A model generated the notes under the pieces. It was not told the DNA's origin. It did no database searches and worked only from the letters and a program-made list of their open reading frames with translations. The position numbers and the translations under genes were made by a program. From Octopus sinensis (Eukaryota), in contig NC_042998.1 in the NCBI RefSeq assembly GCF_006345805.1, forward strand, positions 115,568,001 through 115,632,000: a stretch of 64,000 bases of DNA, in the 5' to 3' direction. This document shows, piece by piece, positions 27,570-41,745 of this stretch (its first letter is position 1; each line of letters begins with the position of its first letter).

Positions 27570-28206
27570 ATGATGGTGATGGTGATGGTGATGATGATTA
27601 TGGTAAGGAGGAGGAGGTGGTGGTGACTTTACTAGACATCGTAATTATCCCCACCACCGCCATCACCAGAAACCACCACCACCACCTTCATCACCATCCT
27701 CCTCCTTTTCATCGTCGTCGTCGTCGTCATCATCAACGTGATGAAGGCGACGACGACTGATAACTATTATCATGTTTATTTTGACATTAGAGTAATTACG
27801 CGAGTTCAACGCTTTTGTTGCTCTCCTGGTGTTGTTTTTGTGAAATTTATTGCTGCTCCTGCTGTTGGTGGTGGTGGTGGTGGAGGTGCTATTAATTTAT
27901 TTGCAAATTCGTGGTTTTACAGTCACTTTCTCCTACTGAACATATTGTTTAGTTGTTATGATTGTTGTTGTTGTTATTATTGTTCTGTATCTCATACTAA
28001 TGTTATTACACCTTACTTTGTTATTAATGTTTTTCTTATTACAGATGTTGTTCTTGTTGCTATTGTTATTGTCATTGCGTATACTTCCACCGGTTTTTTG
28101 GGGGGGCGGGGGGGGTCGACTCTGTGAATTCACTTCATTCTTAAGTCAGCCTGTTGATAAATGAAGAAATCATCATGATCATTATCATCGTAGTCGTCGT
28201 CATCGC

Positions 28207-28237
<31 letters not shown>

Positions 28238-28288
28238 GTTATTATTATTATTATTATTATTATATTATTATTATTATTATTATTATTA

Positions 28289-28340
<52 letters not shown>

Positions 28341-28399
28341 CATCATCATCATCATTTCATTTCAAAGTATGGATATAAAATACTGGTGTTGGGTGTTTT

Positions 28400-29460
28400 T
28401 TTTTTTATTCTTCATGTTAACTGGGAATTCTTAATGAAGGTCACAAATCTGATTGATATACAAGCGTTCTTGGTACCATGATAAATTTTAGTCGAGATTG
28501 AGCCTAATACTCCTATAATAACTAGTTCAACTTGCATTTTTTGCTGCTGGGCATCCTACATTCATGATATGTTTACTGTTAAATGACACATTTCGAGAAT
28601 ATTTCTAGTTTCTTGTCCGCAATATTTTTGTCCGAAGGTATTGGAACATCTGGTCATGAGAATTATATTGGTGCTGAGGTCATCAAAAGCATCTGTTAGC
28701 ACTTCTTTGAGGAGAAAGAATTTACCTTAAAAGATCCCCCATTTTCTATGCGAAAGTAATTTACAGATTCTTAAATTTCTTCTCTGATCTTAATCTAAAC
28801 GACCTCTTTCGGCTTCTCTCTGCTTCCATTCTTGAACTCTCACTTCGTCTATATATTTATGAATAATTCTTCTCTGACTCAGAAAATTTCAAAAGTTCGC
28901 TGCTGTCATTTCTCGCAACCATGAACTATTATGAGTCCTAGTTGTCTTCCTCTCTCTAGAAACTTTCAGATTGGTCAGGTTTTTGTTTCTTTTCTTTTCT
29001 TCTTCGAAACCGACCGACAGAGACCGTCAGTCTCTTTTTGATTTCCATCCATGAACGTTGATCATCTGGTATTGCTATGATGGGGTTTCGATGGTTTAGT
29101 CTTTCCTGCTTCTTCCTCTGTGGTTACTGGCGGTGCTGATGAGTTGTCCGACATGCCTGCTACTACAAACGGTGATGCAACTGAGGATGAATTAAAGATA
29201 GCAGAAACCGGTGCCTGCTCATTTCGACCACACTCCTTTTTACCCCGGTCATTGCAGTTCCTCGAAGATGAAACATCTCAAGTTGTTAATGCAAATGTAA
29301 CACCTTGGCTTTCTGCATTTCACCTCTTGTCCATTTATGTCCATGCCACTAAGGTGAGACACAGCTAGAGGATGGCTCCATGATCATGAAGTCTCATTAG
29401 AATTTCAAACCCTTGCTCATCTCTCCCGCTTATATGTTCCTCGCCCCTGTGTTAGAGTCT
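28400..29460 (-). pseudogene. Highly decayed, internally deleted RLE-type LINE
   Basis: DVPIPSDKNIADKKLEIFSKC and VELVIIGVLGSISTK (RLE C-terminus) at about 28490-28660; SQRRIIHK N-terminal-like motif near 28870. Confidence 0.5.
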
Positions 29461-29599
29461 GTCTTACCATCAACATTCTCGACTGTACCAAGCTTTTTAC
29501 CGTTATAACGTTCCTCAAACGATATTTTCTTTCTTTATTTTCTTTATTTTATTTGTTATGTTTTGGGCAGGGGTCACTCCATATCACGAATATAAAATA

Positions 29600-30670
29600 T
29601 AATTGTAAAATAATAACATCCTTTTCAGTAATGATACCATATGCGACTGATGGTGCTCCATGTATGTCAGGGTACCACACTGGTCTGCTGTCATATTTAA
29701 TCTACTCACAATTTACTATGTGATCCATCATCAACATATGTCCAAATGATTTAGTGAGCGACAATTTTCATCATTTGCCTTAGTAAGTTTTGCTGTTTAT
29801 AAAATCAAAGTTGGTTCTTAAACAGCAGGTTATTCTATGGGTTATGCAAATAGATTTAAGCAACATTTTGCCAGGCTATTTCATTACACTGTAATACACT
29901 AAAATGGCTTTCTGTGAAAGAATTCTTTCTGCTTTAAAATAACTGTCATTGAAATTCTATTTGTAAAGCATGATGATCAAGGAGAAAAAAATATTCCTCA
30001 TATTCCTGAAGAAGCCACTCACATAACTGGTATTTATGAAACTATGAACAACCTGATTTTGTAACTGTGACGGAAAAATTTTAATTTAATACAAACCAGA
30101 ATGCAACCAATTGCTTTATGAGCAAAATTAAATTGTACAAGCAAAATCTTGTCAGAAGAGAAATATATCACATCGCATCTATGAACAGCATTTCATAATT
30201 ATTTACAGATGACCCTCTGAGGATTCACTATGCGCATCTAAATCAAGTGAAGGATGAGCTTGAGATAGCATATAATGAAATCATTTATTTGATTATTCTT
30301 GAGTGAATAAATAAAAGCTATTTGTGTGGAAAATATAACAAAATATTTGAATTGCAGGAGACCGTAATGGAGCTATAAAACGTCAAATATGCAAAGCTGA
30401 TTTTTGAAAATCAAATTTTGTATGAAATTTGGTTACAACGCAGTACAAAATATCCTTTAGTGAGCATTGAAAGCAAGCCAATTTATATAATTTCTGTCAT
30501 CCTATGTTGACGATAAAGTTTTTAAGTCAGTAACCCATTTTCTGACAAAGAATAGAGAGCCGAAAATAGTTGTGCCACGTAGAGGTTAATAATTTCATTT
30601 ATCAGATTTGGAACTAAAAATTGAAAAACTCGCTGTTGGTCATCAGCAACAAAGGTTACCCCACTAAACT
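29600..30670 (+). pseudogene. Degraded hAT (Charlie/Buster-like) transposase
   Basis: YATDGAPCMSGYHTGL followed by VIHHQH (CxxH region); EIWLQRSTKYP-like dimerisation-domain remnant near 30424. Confidence 0.65.
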
Positions 30671-30806
30671 TCTAAACTACTAAACAATGCATGCTATATT
30701 AATTCTTCCTATTGATATCTATCAATAAACGATATCAATTATTGTATTAAATATATTTTAATCATCTTAGGAAACAATGAAACATTAAAAGTTAAATCAT
30801 GAAATT

Positions 30807-30966
30807 AGGAGTGACTGTGTGGTAAGTAGCTTGCTTACAAACCACATGGCTTCGGGCTCAGTCCCACTGCGTGACACCTTGAGCAAGTGTCTTCTACTAC
30901 AGCCTCGGGCCGACCAAAGCCTAGTGAGTGGATTTGGTAGACGGAAACTGAAAGAAGCCCGTCGTA

Positions 30967-31051
<85 letters not shown>

Positions 31052-31261
31052 TTATGTGTCTGTATTTGTCCCCCCGACATCGCTTGACAACCGAAGCTGG
31101 TGTGTTTACGTCCCCGTAACTTAGCGGTTCGGCAAAAGAGAACGGTATAATAAGTACTAGGCTTACAAAGAATAAGTTCTGGGGTCGATTTGCTCGACTA
31201 AAGGCGGTACTCCAGTATGGCCACAGTCCGATGACTGAAACAAGTAAAAGAGTAAAAGAGT
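30807..31261 (+). mobile_element. SINE family A, full length
   Basis: Head, CORE-like domain, internal (TA)n, tail ending (GTAAAAGA)2. Confidence 0.88.
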
Positions 31262-32329
31262 ATTTATTTTAAGTTTAATTACAGCCATTATATTTATTAA
31301 ATAAGAGCAGAAGGAGGGTGGGGTTCTACTAATTATCGAAAATTATCCAAGTGTTTGGTGGACGATCAAACCTCAACTCCGCCGCCCCCCCCCCCCGAAA
31401 ACAGAAGGAAAAATAAGAAAGGCAGTTCTTCGGCTTCGGTTTTGTGATTCGATTTGATTACATTTTAAAATCTGTCTCAAATAACGTTGAAACAGAGTAA
31501 AGTAGCGGCAGTAGCAAGAACAGCGCCAATATTAATTATAATAATGATGTTGATGATGATGACAACGACGATGACGATGATGATGATGTTGATGATGATG
31601 ATGAGAGACAATTGCTATAGCTGCATATGTACAGTAATACCTGTCCACGCTGCTACTGATGCCAATCTCCTGATTGACTTGTTGTTTTCCTTCCTGTTGT
31701 CTTCGTTTCCAATTATTTATTTATTATTTATTTGTTTTTTACTACTTTTGCTGTTACTTATGTTTTTGGTGTTGTTTTGCTGCTGCCATTGCTGCTATTA
31801 GCGTCGCTATTGTTGTTGTTCCTGTTGTTATTGTTGCTGTTTACATCGGGAATATAAAGCAATTTATCTGTCAAGTGTCAGGCCTGGACTTGGTTTACGG
31901 GCAGTTTGTTGTAGTGAAATAATCACTATGTCACGGCTGATGAAACAGCTTGTGTCATGATGTCGGGACAATGAATCTTAACCTTTTATCAGTTTAACGC
32001 CTCTCCCATTTCTCTCGACATTTCACCGCAAACTACAACATTGACAGCTTCTTCCTCTTCTTTATGCTACAAATGTTGCTGGTGTTGTTATTGTTGTTGC
32101 TATTGAAACTGCAATTGTTGTTGATGCTATTGTAGCTGCTTTTTGTTGGTAATGTTATTTTTGCAGTTTAGCCTCATATCAGCTCTGATACGCGAAAGCT
32201 ACGTTGTTATCCTCATTCCGTAAACGTTGGCTTTTAACGGGTGGAGAGCCGAACCATCCTGAGGCACAGAGGATTCGCAATCTAGACTAGGATCTGAAAG
32301 TTTACCATACCATAGTGGGTTACACCATG

Positions 32330-32754
32330 GTTGCTCTGCTTTGTGGCAGAAGTAGGAAGAAAGAGTACAGCGGGATTCATCCTCCCCATCCCCGCCGGAG
32401 CCTCGTGGAGCTTAGGTGTTTTGCTCAATAAACACTCACAATGCCTGGTCTGAGGAATCAAAGCCGTATTCTTATTTCTTTATTGCCCACAAGGGACTAA
32501 ACATAAAGGGGACAAACAAGGACACACAAACGGATTAAGTCGATTACATCGACCCCAGTGCGTGATTGGTACTTAATTTATCGACCCCGAAAGAATGAAA
32601 GGCAAAGTCGACCTCGGCGGAATTTGAACTCAGAACGTAGCGGCAGACGAAATACCGCTAAGCATTTCGCCTGGCGTGCTAACGTTTCTGCCAGCTCACC
32701 GCCTTCTTACGACCGTGAGTCCGCTGCCCTAACCACTAGGCCATTGCGCCTCCA
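32330..32754 (-). mobile_element. tRNA-derived SINE interrupted by a family B SINE (32470-32704, minus)
   Basis: Head GGAGGCGCAATGGCCTAGTGGTTAGGGCAGCGGACTCACGGTCGTA at 32708-32754 resumes below 32469; TTCTTA on both sides of the insert. Confidence 0.75.
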
Positions 32755-32960
32755 CTCGCTGTTGTTGTTGTCTTCGTTTTTGTTTATGATGTTCTTACTG
32801 TCGATATGTTTTCAATTTCATTCAGTGCTGATATACAAAAAAATTCTTGATATTGTTTGGCGTTTATGATGCTGTTCTTATCGTTCTTTCTAGTATTGTT
32901 ATTGCTGGTATTGTAGTTTTTATACATTTTTGTTGTTGTTGGCTGTATTTTAAATAATTA

Positions 32961-33009
<49 letters not shown>

Positions 33010-34302
33010 TTTTTGTTGTTTTCGATGATGTTTTTGTGGTCTTGTTGTTGTTGCTTGTCTTTCACATAATTCCATTTGTTTGCTTGATATTCTAATCGCT
33101 GTTGCTGCTGTTGTTATTGTTTACATTAGACATTAATAATAGTAATTAATTTATCTCAGGCTGTAATTGCTGTTATTGCCAACATTGTTGTTGTACGTGC
33201 TATTTTTCTTGTTGTTGCTATTGCTATTACAGTAATTCATTCTCCTACTTCTTGACAGTTATCGTCGTGGTTGCTCTTGCACTTAAGTGAACACTTGTTG
33301 CTAAAATCAAAAAATAGTGACCACAATGATGCTCATAATAGCTGCTACTGCTACTGATGATGATGATGAGGAGGAGGAGGAGGAGGAGGATATTGTCAAT
33401 ATCATCATCGACAACATTATCAAGGCAACAAAACAAATCATAAAAACTGACATGCGTTAATAAAAACACTCTTGCATCCAGAAACAGAAATCCAAATATG
33501 TACATTGATACAGTTATTAACTTGGCGACACGAACATTTTCTCCACCCGCTTCCATTTTTCTATGATCAGTATCATTCTGAAGTCTGGGTCTTGGCTTCC
33601 TTTTGCTCACATTCCTGCGTTGCTTATACTAGTTTTTAAAACTTTTTTTTGCGAAGAATTTTACGGCTCAATTTGTTGCGGACGCTGCTGCATTGAATTT
33701 TGAGTGCACGAGTAAGAATTCTCAAGATTTCATTATTCCTCTACCAATATTCTGCAAAGGTTGTCTTGCATATTACCATAATGTTTCTATGAGGCATAGC
33801 TTTCAACTGACTCTTTTCAAAAAAGTTAGCATATTTCCCGGCATACAAACCGTGCAGGGCAAACATTCAGACATCGTCACTGTTGCATTTGACAAGGAGT
33901 TTTTGTCCTCCAAAGTCGTCTTGGTGTAAAAGTTGACATACATTTTTTTTTAATTGTAAATTTGGTAAAATAGAATTGTATGTCAGAAATTATGGTATGT
34001 CACTTGAGTCACGCTTGCGAAACTTCTCTGTAAATTGAAGTACAGCATACATCGAAAACAATAGTGATTTCGTTTCCCACCAAAAGGCTCCGCAATAACT
34101 TTCTGCACTTAGTCGTCCCCTGCGTTGCTTTGTTCATCACTATTCTATCTCCACTCCTGCATTCGCCAACATTAAAGTATGTTCATTTGGTAACCATAAG
34201 GGCCACTGTAAAATGACAGCATACTAAACACAGACTTCAAAAATCATACCTATCTTGCCTTAATGACACTGTTTCTTTTAAAATATATGTATGCATAAGT
34301 AA

Positions 34303-34512
34303 AGGCGGAGTGCTGGCAGAATCGTTAGCACTCCGGACAAAATGCTTAGCGGCATTTCGTTTATCTTTATGTTCTGAGTTCAAATTCCACCGAGGTTGAT
34401 TTTGCCTTTCATCCTTTTGGGGTTGATGGAATAAATACCAGCTGCACGCTGGGCTCGATGAAATCGATTTAGCCTCTACAACCCAGAAATTTCTGGCCTT
34501 GCACCATAATTA
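34303..34512 (+). mobile_element. SINE family B
   Basis: GGCGGAGTGCTGGCAGAATCGTTAGCAC...GTTCAAATTCCACCGAGG. Confidence 0.8.
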
Positions 34513-36147
34513 TAAACCAATGTATGTATGCATATATATATGAGAAGGCGTGTGTGTACGTGTAGATACGTGTCTTTATATATATAATAGATACATATAT
34601 ACATACACATATACATACTTAGATACATATGTGCGTGTGTATGTGTGTGTATGCGCACGCTTGTGTATGTATGTATGTATGTATGTATGTATGTATGTAT
34701 GTATGTATGTATGTATGTTTGTATGTGTGTATGTATGTATGTATGTATGAACACACACATTAATGACCCAGAAAATGTACTGTTCATTTTGTGTTTTTGT
34801 TAATCAATAATAGTGTCCATCATAAGGTTTCGAATACAGTCTCTCCATACTGTCGACACTGTGTTACTAACACAGAATACGATGAAAATCAGTTAATGGT
34901 AAGATCTTATAACCGTTACTTTTTTTCTTTTTGCAAAGCAGGTACGTTACTTGTAGTTTGATATACCAAGAAAATATTGTATAGGCAATTGTTTTTTGTG
35001 TGAGAGTGACTTTTTATATAATTTGAATCTCAAAAAAATAATGTAGTAATGACTCAAAAGTACAAAAAAAAAAGAGCAAGCCAACAAGAAACAAACAAAA
35101 CAACAATAACAACAACAATAGTCAAGCATCCAATGTTTCAGAAAGTAAAAGAGAGAAAAGCATGGAGGCTTTTGAAAAAAAATAACTAGGATAAGCGACA
35201 CAGGAATGTGAGCAAAAGGAAGTCAAGACCCAGGCTTCAGAATGATACAAATTTTCAAGAGATGCTGTTAATTTATGTCTGACTGCACTGCAGATGCACA
35301 ACGAAAATTTTAAGTCCTGCTGGCAGTATTATAGGGAAAGAACTGAAACGTGAATGTAACAATTTGTGTGAGGTTTTAAAAGGATAAAATGGTACTTCTT
35401 TGATATGAATGCTTTAGTTTCAACTCATCATCTCAATTTTTTTCATAGTGTCATACGCACATCATGCTGCCCAGTTTAATACCATTCTTAGTTGTATTTA
35501 GCAGAGTTCATTTTGTTATAAGTTTCCGAAGCAAGCTCACAAAATCAGGTTATCTTAGCCACAAGATGAACCAGCAGAATCCATGTGCTCTAGATATTTT
35601 AAGCTTAAACTTAGCTCACTCAACAATTGTTCCTCATCTCTCAAATTCGCGAACTTGGGTTGTTGCCTTTTATAGTATCAATTCATATTTCGAAAACCTG
35701 TTGTTCTTTTATCAACGGTTCATTTCGACTGCTTGTTTCAGTTCTCTGCCTGGTTTTGATCGAAAAAATACTGATAACTTTGGTTTGCTTAAACTCAGGA
35801 TGGCTTCACACAAAGAGATGTTTTGGGGACCGAGAATCTTTCCACTAAGTCATAACACGTCTCTCTAACTGTTCTTCTTTTCACCGAGATGCTGCATTTG
35901 ACATGCTTTTAATAGAGATAATTTGTGTCATCCATTTCATGCGATAACAAATCTTGAATTCAAGATATAGAAAATGTTCCAAATTCACAAACATCATTCA
36001 TATCTCTACCAAAGTTATTAGATTAAGATAATGTTCAGTTTAAAACATCTTCGTTGTATGTTTAATATTGTTATCATTCCGGTAATTTTCAGTCCCTAAA
36101 ATGAACATACCCCAAATCTAGGTAGTAAAATCACATCTAGATATATA

Positions 36148-37432
36148 TCAGGTCATCCTATATGTTCTGTCCGATTTTACCCATTTTTAAAAAATTGAAT
36201 GATGTTTAATAGTATTTTAGAATGTCTAAAATTATTTTTATGCATTTGTGTACATATAAACTAATAAAATATTATATTTCAGAATAATAGAATTAAAATG
36301 TCTTTGATTAAAAACCTTTTTAACATGGAAGTATCTAAAGAGCATTCAAGGCGCATAATACTTTATGAGTACAAAAGAAGGAAACTCTGCAGTCGAAGCG
36401 ACTCAAAATATACACTCAGTTTATGGGAAAGAATGCTTGAATGAAAGAAATTGCAGGAGATAGTTTGCAAAATTCAGAAGTGGAGATTTCAGCCTTAAAG
36501 ATGAAGATCGAACAGGACGTCCAGTTGAGTTTGATGATAAGCTCCTTGAGGAATTACTTGAAGAAAATCCTACATTATCAGTTGAAGAATTGGCAATAAA
36601 GCTTAGTTTAAACCATACAACTGTTCATCATCATCTTCAAAAACTTGGAATGGTCCCTAAACTTGGAAAATGGGTGCCTCATGAATTGTCCGAAAGCAAC
36701 CGCAAATCCCGAATTGACATCTACTCTTCTCTCCATTCTTGCGAACTCATTTCAGCCTTTTTGGATAGACTTGTGACTGTCGACGAGAAATGGATCTTCT
36801 ATCGAAATGTTAAACGTCGTAAACAGTGGCTTGGTAAAAGGGAAAAAAAAACTCAACCACAACCGAGAAAGGAACTTCATGGAAAAAAGGTTCTTCTCTC
36901 TATCTGGCGGGATTGAAATGGAGTAATTCACTTTGAATTGTTACTACCTAATGCAACAATCAATGCTAAAGTCTAGTGTCAGCAATTAGAGCGTTTGAAC
37001 CAAGTTTTGAAGAAAAAAAGACCCGCTTTAGTGAATCGAAAAGGAGTGATGTTTCATCAGGACAGTGCGCGACCCCACACTGCAAAGATCAGATTACAGA
37101 AGATTGAAAAGCTTGGTTGGGAAAAAATTCCCCCTCCACCTTATTCTCCCGACCTTGCTCCTTCAGACTACCATTTGTTTCGTAGTTTATAGAACCATTT
37201 GGGAGAAATAACTTTCGCAAGCCAGGAGGAGGTCGAAACTGACATTTCAGAGTTCTCCGCTTTGAAACCAAAAGAGTTTTACATTGATGAGATTAAAAAG
37301 CCTGTAAATAGATGGAAGGAAGTCATAGATAATCAGGGAAAGTACATTGATAATCAAATTTCAATTAAATGTAACATTTGATCACATGTCTTCTTTATTC
37401 AAAATTCGGGCGGAACTTATGGGATGACCTGC
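36148..37432 (+). mobile_element. Full-length mariner (DD34D) transposon with disrupted transposase
   Basis: ~30-bp TIRs (tcaggtcatcctatatgttctgtccg / cgggcggaacttatgggatgacctgc), TA flanks, ~1.28 kb; ATG at 36325; WVPHEL, TVDEKW, HQDSARPH, YSPDLAPSDYHLF; stops and frameshifts. Confidence 0.95.
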
Positions 37433-38071
37433 TATCATAATCTAGAGGGTTAACAAAGTGTAGCTCACCTATTGATAAACTCCGTTTCTGTTTGTATATT
37501 CAGTTGTTTTCGTACACGTTTCCATACAAGAACTGCCACCGACACATTCATGATACATTCATAAATAAAATAAAATGAAATATTTGACATTGAATTGTTT
37601 GGAGGGACTCCTCATTCTCCTCATAACCCTATTCCATTGCGTAAAACTGTAGGACTTGGATCTCAGAGCAAAATATTTCAAGCTCAATGAAAAGTTATCA
37701 AAGACACACAAACATTTTTACTTTAGAAGTATGTGTGTGTTCAAAGAGAGTGGTTGTATCACTGAGGTAAGCGCTTGTGTTTCCTTAACTTCAAACTAGC
37801 TCTCACTTGTGAGAGAGAAACTAAAGCATGCGTAGCAGAAACGCTACGGGTGATGTTTTGAGAACCGGACTAAACGAATTAAAGGCGGCTGACCAGTGTC
37901 AAAGCCTCTATAAAGTAAGGAATAACAGCACTAGAATGCAAGGACAGGTGCAACAGCCAAAAATGTATTTTTACAAGCGTTATGGGAGGGTAAGGATGCA
38001 GAAATACTCAGAGCAGGTCCTGGCTATCCAATAAGCACATATGTGGTCACTCAATTGTCTAAAATAATCGA

Positions 38072-38300
38072 CGAGCTGGCAGATTCGTTAGCACGGCGGA
38101 CGGAATGCTTAGCGGTATTTCATCTGCCGCTACGTTCTGAGTTCAAATTCCGCCGAGGTCGACTTTGCCTTTCACCCTTTCGGGGTCGATAAATTATGTA
38201 CCAATTACGCACTGGGGTCGATGTAATCGACTTAATCCGTTTGTCTGTCCTTGTTTGTCGCCTCTATGTTTAGCCCCTTGTGGGCAATAAAGAAATAAGA
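38072..38300 (+). mobile_element. SINE family B with target-site duplication
   Basis: AATAATCGACG at 38063-38073 and 38300-38310. Confidence 0.88.
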
Positions 38301-38964
38301 ATAATCGACGTGATGTTTCTCATTACACAAGCTACCGTTTTTAAAAAAACAGCACTTTGAATAAAGTCATTGTAAGTTACCTGAAACAAAACACATGATG
38401 GTCATAAAACAACTAATGCAACTATAGCGCCTGTATCAAATTTGGGGTGAGAATGTGAGGTTGTCTTCAAGGAAATTGCCTATTTAAATTCAGTTCAATT
38501 ACGATTCTTAGCATCAAATACTTTTCTTAAGCCCATTAACCACTGGATGGACAGACTAAAATACAGAACGTCAAACAGAACGTCAGAAGAAATAACAAAA
38601 TATCCAAGGGAGAGAACTGCAGCTTAAATCTGAAGAGTGATCTCCCTTGAAAGTTAATACTGCTCTTTTTCTATTTTGTAATTTGGGTTTTTCATAATAA
38701 TACGAAAAAGGAGAAAGAAAAGAAAATCGATTCATCTTACGGAATAATGTCTATAGAATTTACTTTATATTGACAGTGAAGACAGAACTGATCTTCTGAG
38801 CGAATTGGACCCAAAGGAAATACAATGAAGTATTGCAAACCAGGATACATAATTCTATTTCTCACACACGCCAGCGAACTCACACATATAAATACATATA
38901 CATGCATATACATACCCGCGCGCGCTCACACACGCACAGACGCAAAGACACACACACTTATCTT

Positions 38965-39335
38965 TTTATTTCTTTCAGTCGTGAGACTGCGGCCATGCTG
39001 GGGTACTGCCTTGAAGAATATTTAGTCGAATGAATCGACTCCAGTAGTTTTTTTTTGAAATTCTGTTACTTATTGGATCGCTGTTCTTTTGCCGAACCGC
39101 TAGATTAAGGGACATCAATACCGGTTTTCAAGCGATGGTGAGTGATAAATACACACACACACGCGCACACACATGCATACACGCGCGCGTACACACACAC
39201 TCACACATATATATATATATACGACAGGCTTCCTTCAGTTTCCGTTTACAAAATCCACTCACAAGGTTCGCCTCTGGAACAGACTGCCAAGTGCCGTGCA
39301 GTGGGACTGAACCCAACGCCATGTGGTTGGGAAAG
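38965..39335 (-). mobile_element. SINE family A
   Basis: Reverse complement of tail, internal microsatellite and head. Confidence 0.75.
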
Positions 39336-39689
39336 AAGCTTCTTTACCCACAGCTTCTTTACCCACAGCTACACCTTCACGCACACACACGCGCACGCGC
39401 TCATATAATGTACAAATGTATACGACGGACTTCTTCAATTTGTCAAGCTTTGGCCGGCTACAGGCTATGGTAGAAGACACTTGTTCTTACCACACACCCA
39501 CGCCAAGTCTATATATGTATGTATGTGCGTACGTACGTACGTATGTATGTATGTATGTATGTATGTATGTATGTATGTATGTATGTATGTATGTATGTAT
39601 GTATGTATGTATGTATGTGTGTGTGTGTATGTATGCATGCTTGTTCCTCGTCCCTTTTCAAATTTGAGTTAATTTCGACCACCCACCCA

Positions 39690-40760
39690 CCTGTTTCGTA
39701 GCCAAGTGCTGAATGAAAGCACGTTTGTTTCATTCATCATCTTTGAAGTCTTATATTTGCAGAATTTCATAATTTCGGATATCGTGATTGGTAGAGTATG
39801 ATTTAAGAAGTTGCCTTCTTTCCCCATGTAATTAAGTACAGCTATATTTTGCTCCTGACAGCTATATGTTGCTCCAGTAATAACAGGTGTGAAGGTGAAA
39901 GTGTATCTTGGATACTTGGTTTACAAATTCCTTATCAATGGTCCATAGACGTCCTCTTTCTCCTGTATTTTTTCCGACCACACAAGTGTCCAGCTGATTT
40001 CTAGAACAGTGCCAGATGTCTCATAAAGCAATATCTGGCTGGTTGTGTTTTAGTTTGGTGTCTGTGTTTAATTTTAAGTTCCACCACTATTCTTATTGGC
40101 CTCAATATACTCAACACTGTCTGATCGTGTTTTACTCTCTTTTCTCTTTTACTCTTTTACTTGTTTCAGTCATTTGACTGCGGCCATGCTGGAGCACCGC
40201 CTTAAATCGAGTAACTCGACCCCGGGACTTATTCTTTTGTAGGCCCATTTAATTTTTATTTCTTTTTTTTTTTTTTGTTATTCATTTCCAAAGTGTTTTG
40301 ACTACCACATCATGATTCATGGGAAGATTATATCTTGAAGACATTCACTCACAGTTGACAATAATGTAGTTGATGACGGCAGTGAGCTGGCAGAATCGTT
40401 AGCACGCCAGGCGGAATGCTTAGCGTTATTTCGTCTGCCGCTACGTTCTGAGTTCAAATTCCACCGAGGTCAACTTTGCTTTTCATCCTTTCGGGGTCGA
40501 TGAAATAAGTACCAGTTAAGTGCTGGGGGTCGATGTAATTGATTAGCTCCCTTCCCCCAAAAGTTTCAAGTCCTTGTGCCTAGAGTAGAAATAATAATGT
40601 AGTGGATGTTGCCAAGTTTATTATTTCATTACCTAGAGCTGCTGTCTGATAATGATTTCTACCTTTTGTGCTGCAGGAACTTGGTGGCGATATCTTAGAT
40701 AGAGACAGCTCCTGACGTGAGATATTTTAGATTTGTCTGGAGTCCTTGCCAAACTTTTGA
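39690..40760 (-). pseudogene. RLE-type LINE 3' relic interrupted by two SINEs (family A tail 40140-40245; family B 40377-40592)
   Basis: WWNLKLNTDTKLKHNQPDI; INYIIVNCE*MSSRYNLPMNHDVV, homologous to the 15.3-kb relic; 16-bp TSD AATAATGTAGT(T/G)GATG around the family B SINE. Confidence 0.75.
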
Positions 40761-41745
40761 TATGATCAATTCTGATCCCAGCTTTTGATATGACCAATTT
40801 CGACCCTAGTTCTCAACATGTACTTATTTTATCGACCCTAAAATGATGGAAGGCAAAGTCGACATCGGCAGAATTTGAACTCAGACCATGAACACAGACG
40901 AAATACTGCTTAGCATTTTGCTCGGCCTGCTAAAGATTCTGTCAGTCAGCTCCCCAAGCTTACAACAACGGCGACAAGGAGAAGAAGGAGAAGAAAAAGA
41001 AGAAGAAGAAGAAGAAGAAGAAGAAGAAGAACAAGAAGAACAAGAAGAAGAACAAGAAGAAGAAGAAGAAGAAGAAGAACAACAACAACAACAACAAGAA
41101 ATCGTGTGCACATTGAGGAGCAAGAATCAAAACGATGATATACATATTCATTCTTGTATGTTGCAGCAGATTTGAATATGTATCTGGAAAATGCTGTTGT
41201 ATTACACTATTGGAGAACAACTCATTTCTGACGAATGTGTGTTCATAGCACGCTTGATTCACAAGGCAAATGTACTTTGGTCAGCGGCGTTTCGACCTGT
41301 TTCAATATCTCATCAGCTGAAGCTTCCCTGACTATGGCTCGAACAAGACACTTGTTTATAAAATTTGGCACGCAAATTTCTTGCTGATGTGTATTAATGT
41401 CTGCCAACCGGTAATAAATTAAAAGTTCTAAATATTATAAATCTTTTCTGTGATAATATTTTATTGCTGACGACACTTTGTGAGTTCAAACGTTATGCTT
41501 GAAAAAAACTTATATATTGAATGAAGTCACTCACAAAATCGAAACTTATAATATGGAATGAAACAGAAGACCTAATCAAAATTTTAAACATAATGAAACA
41601 ATGTTTTGAAAATCTAAAAATTTATGCAATAAATTAAAAATAAGAGAATTTCCGTGAGTCCAGCGAGTTAACAATAATATAGTTTAGATATACAGATATT
41701 TATAGAAGGAATATAAAGCTACGATTTTTTCACTAAGCAGTTAAA

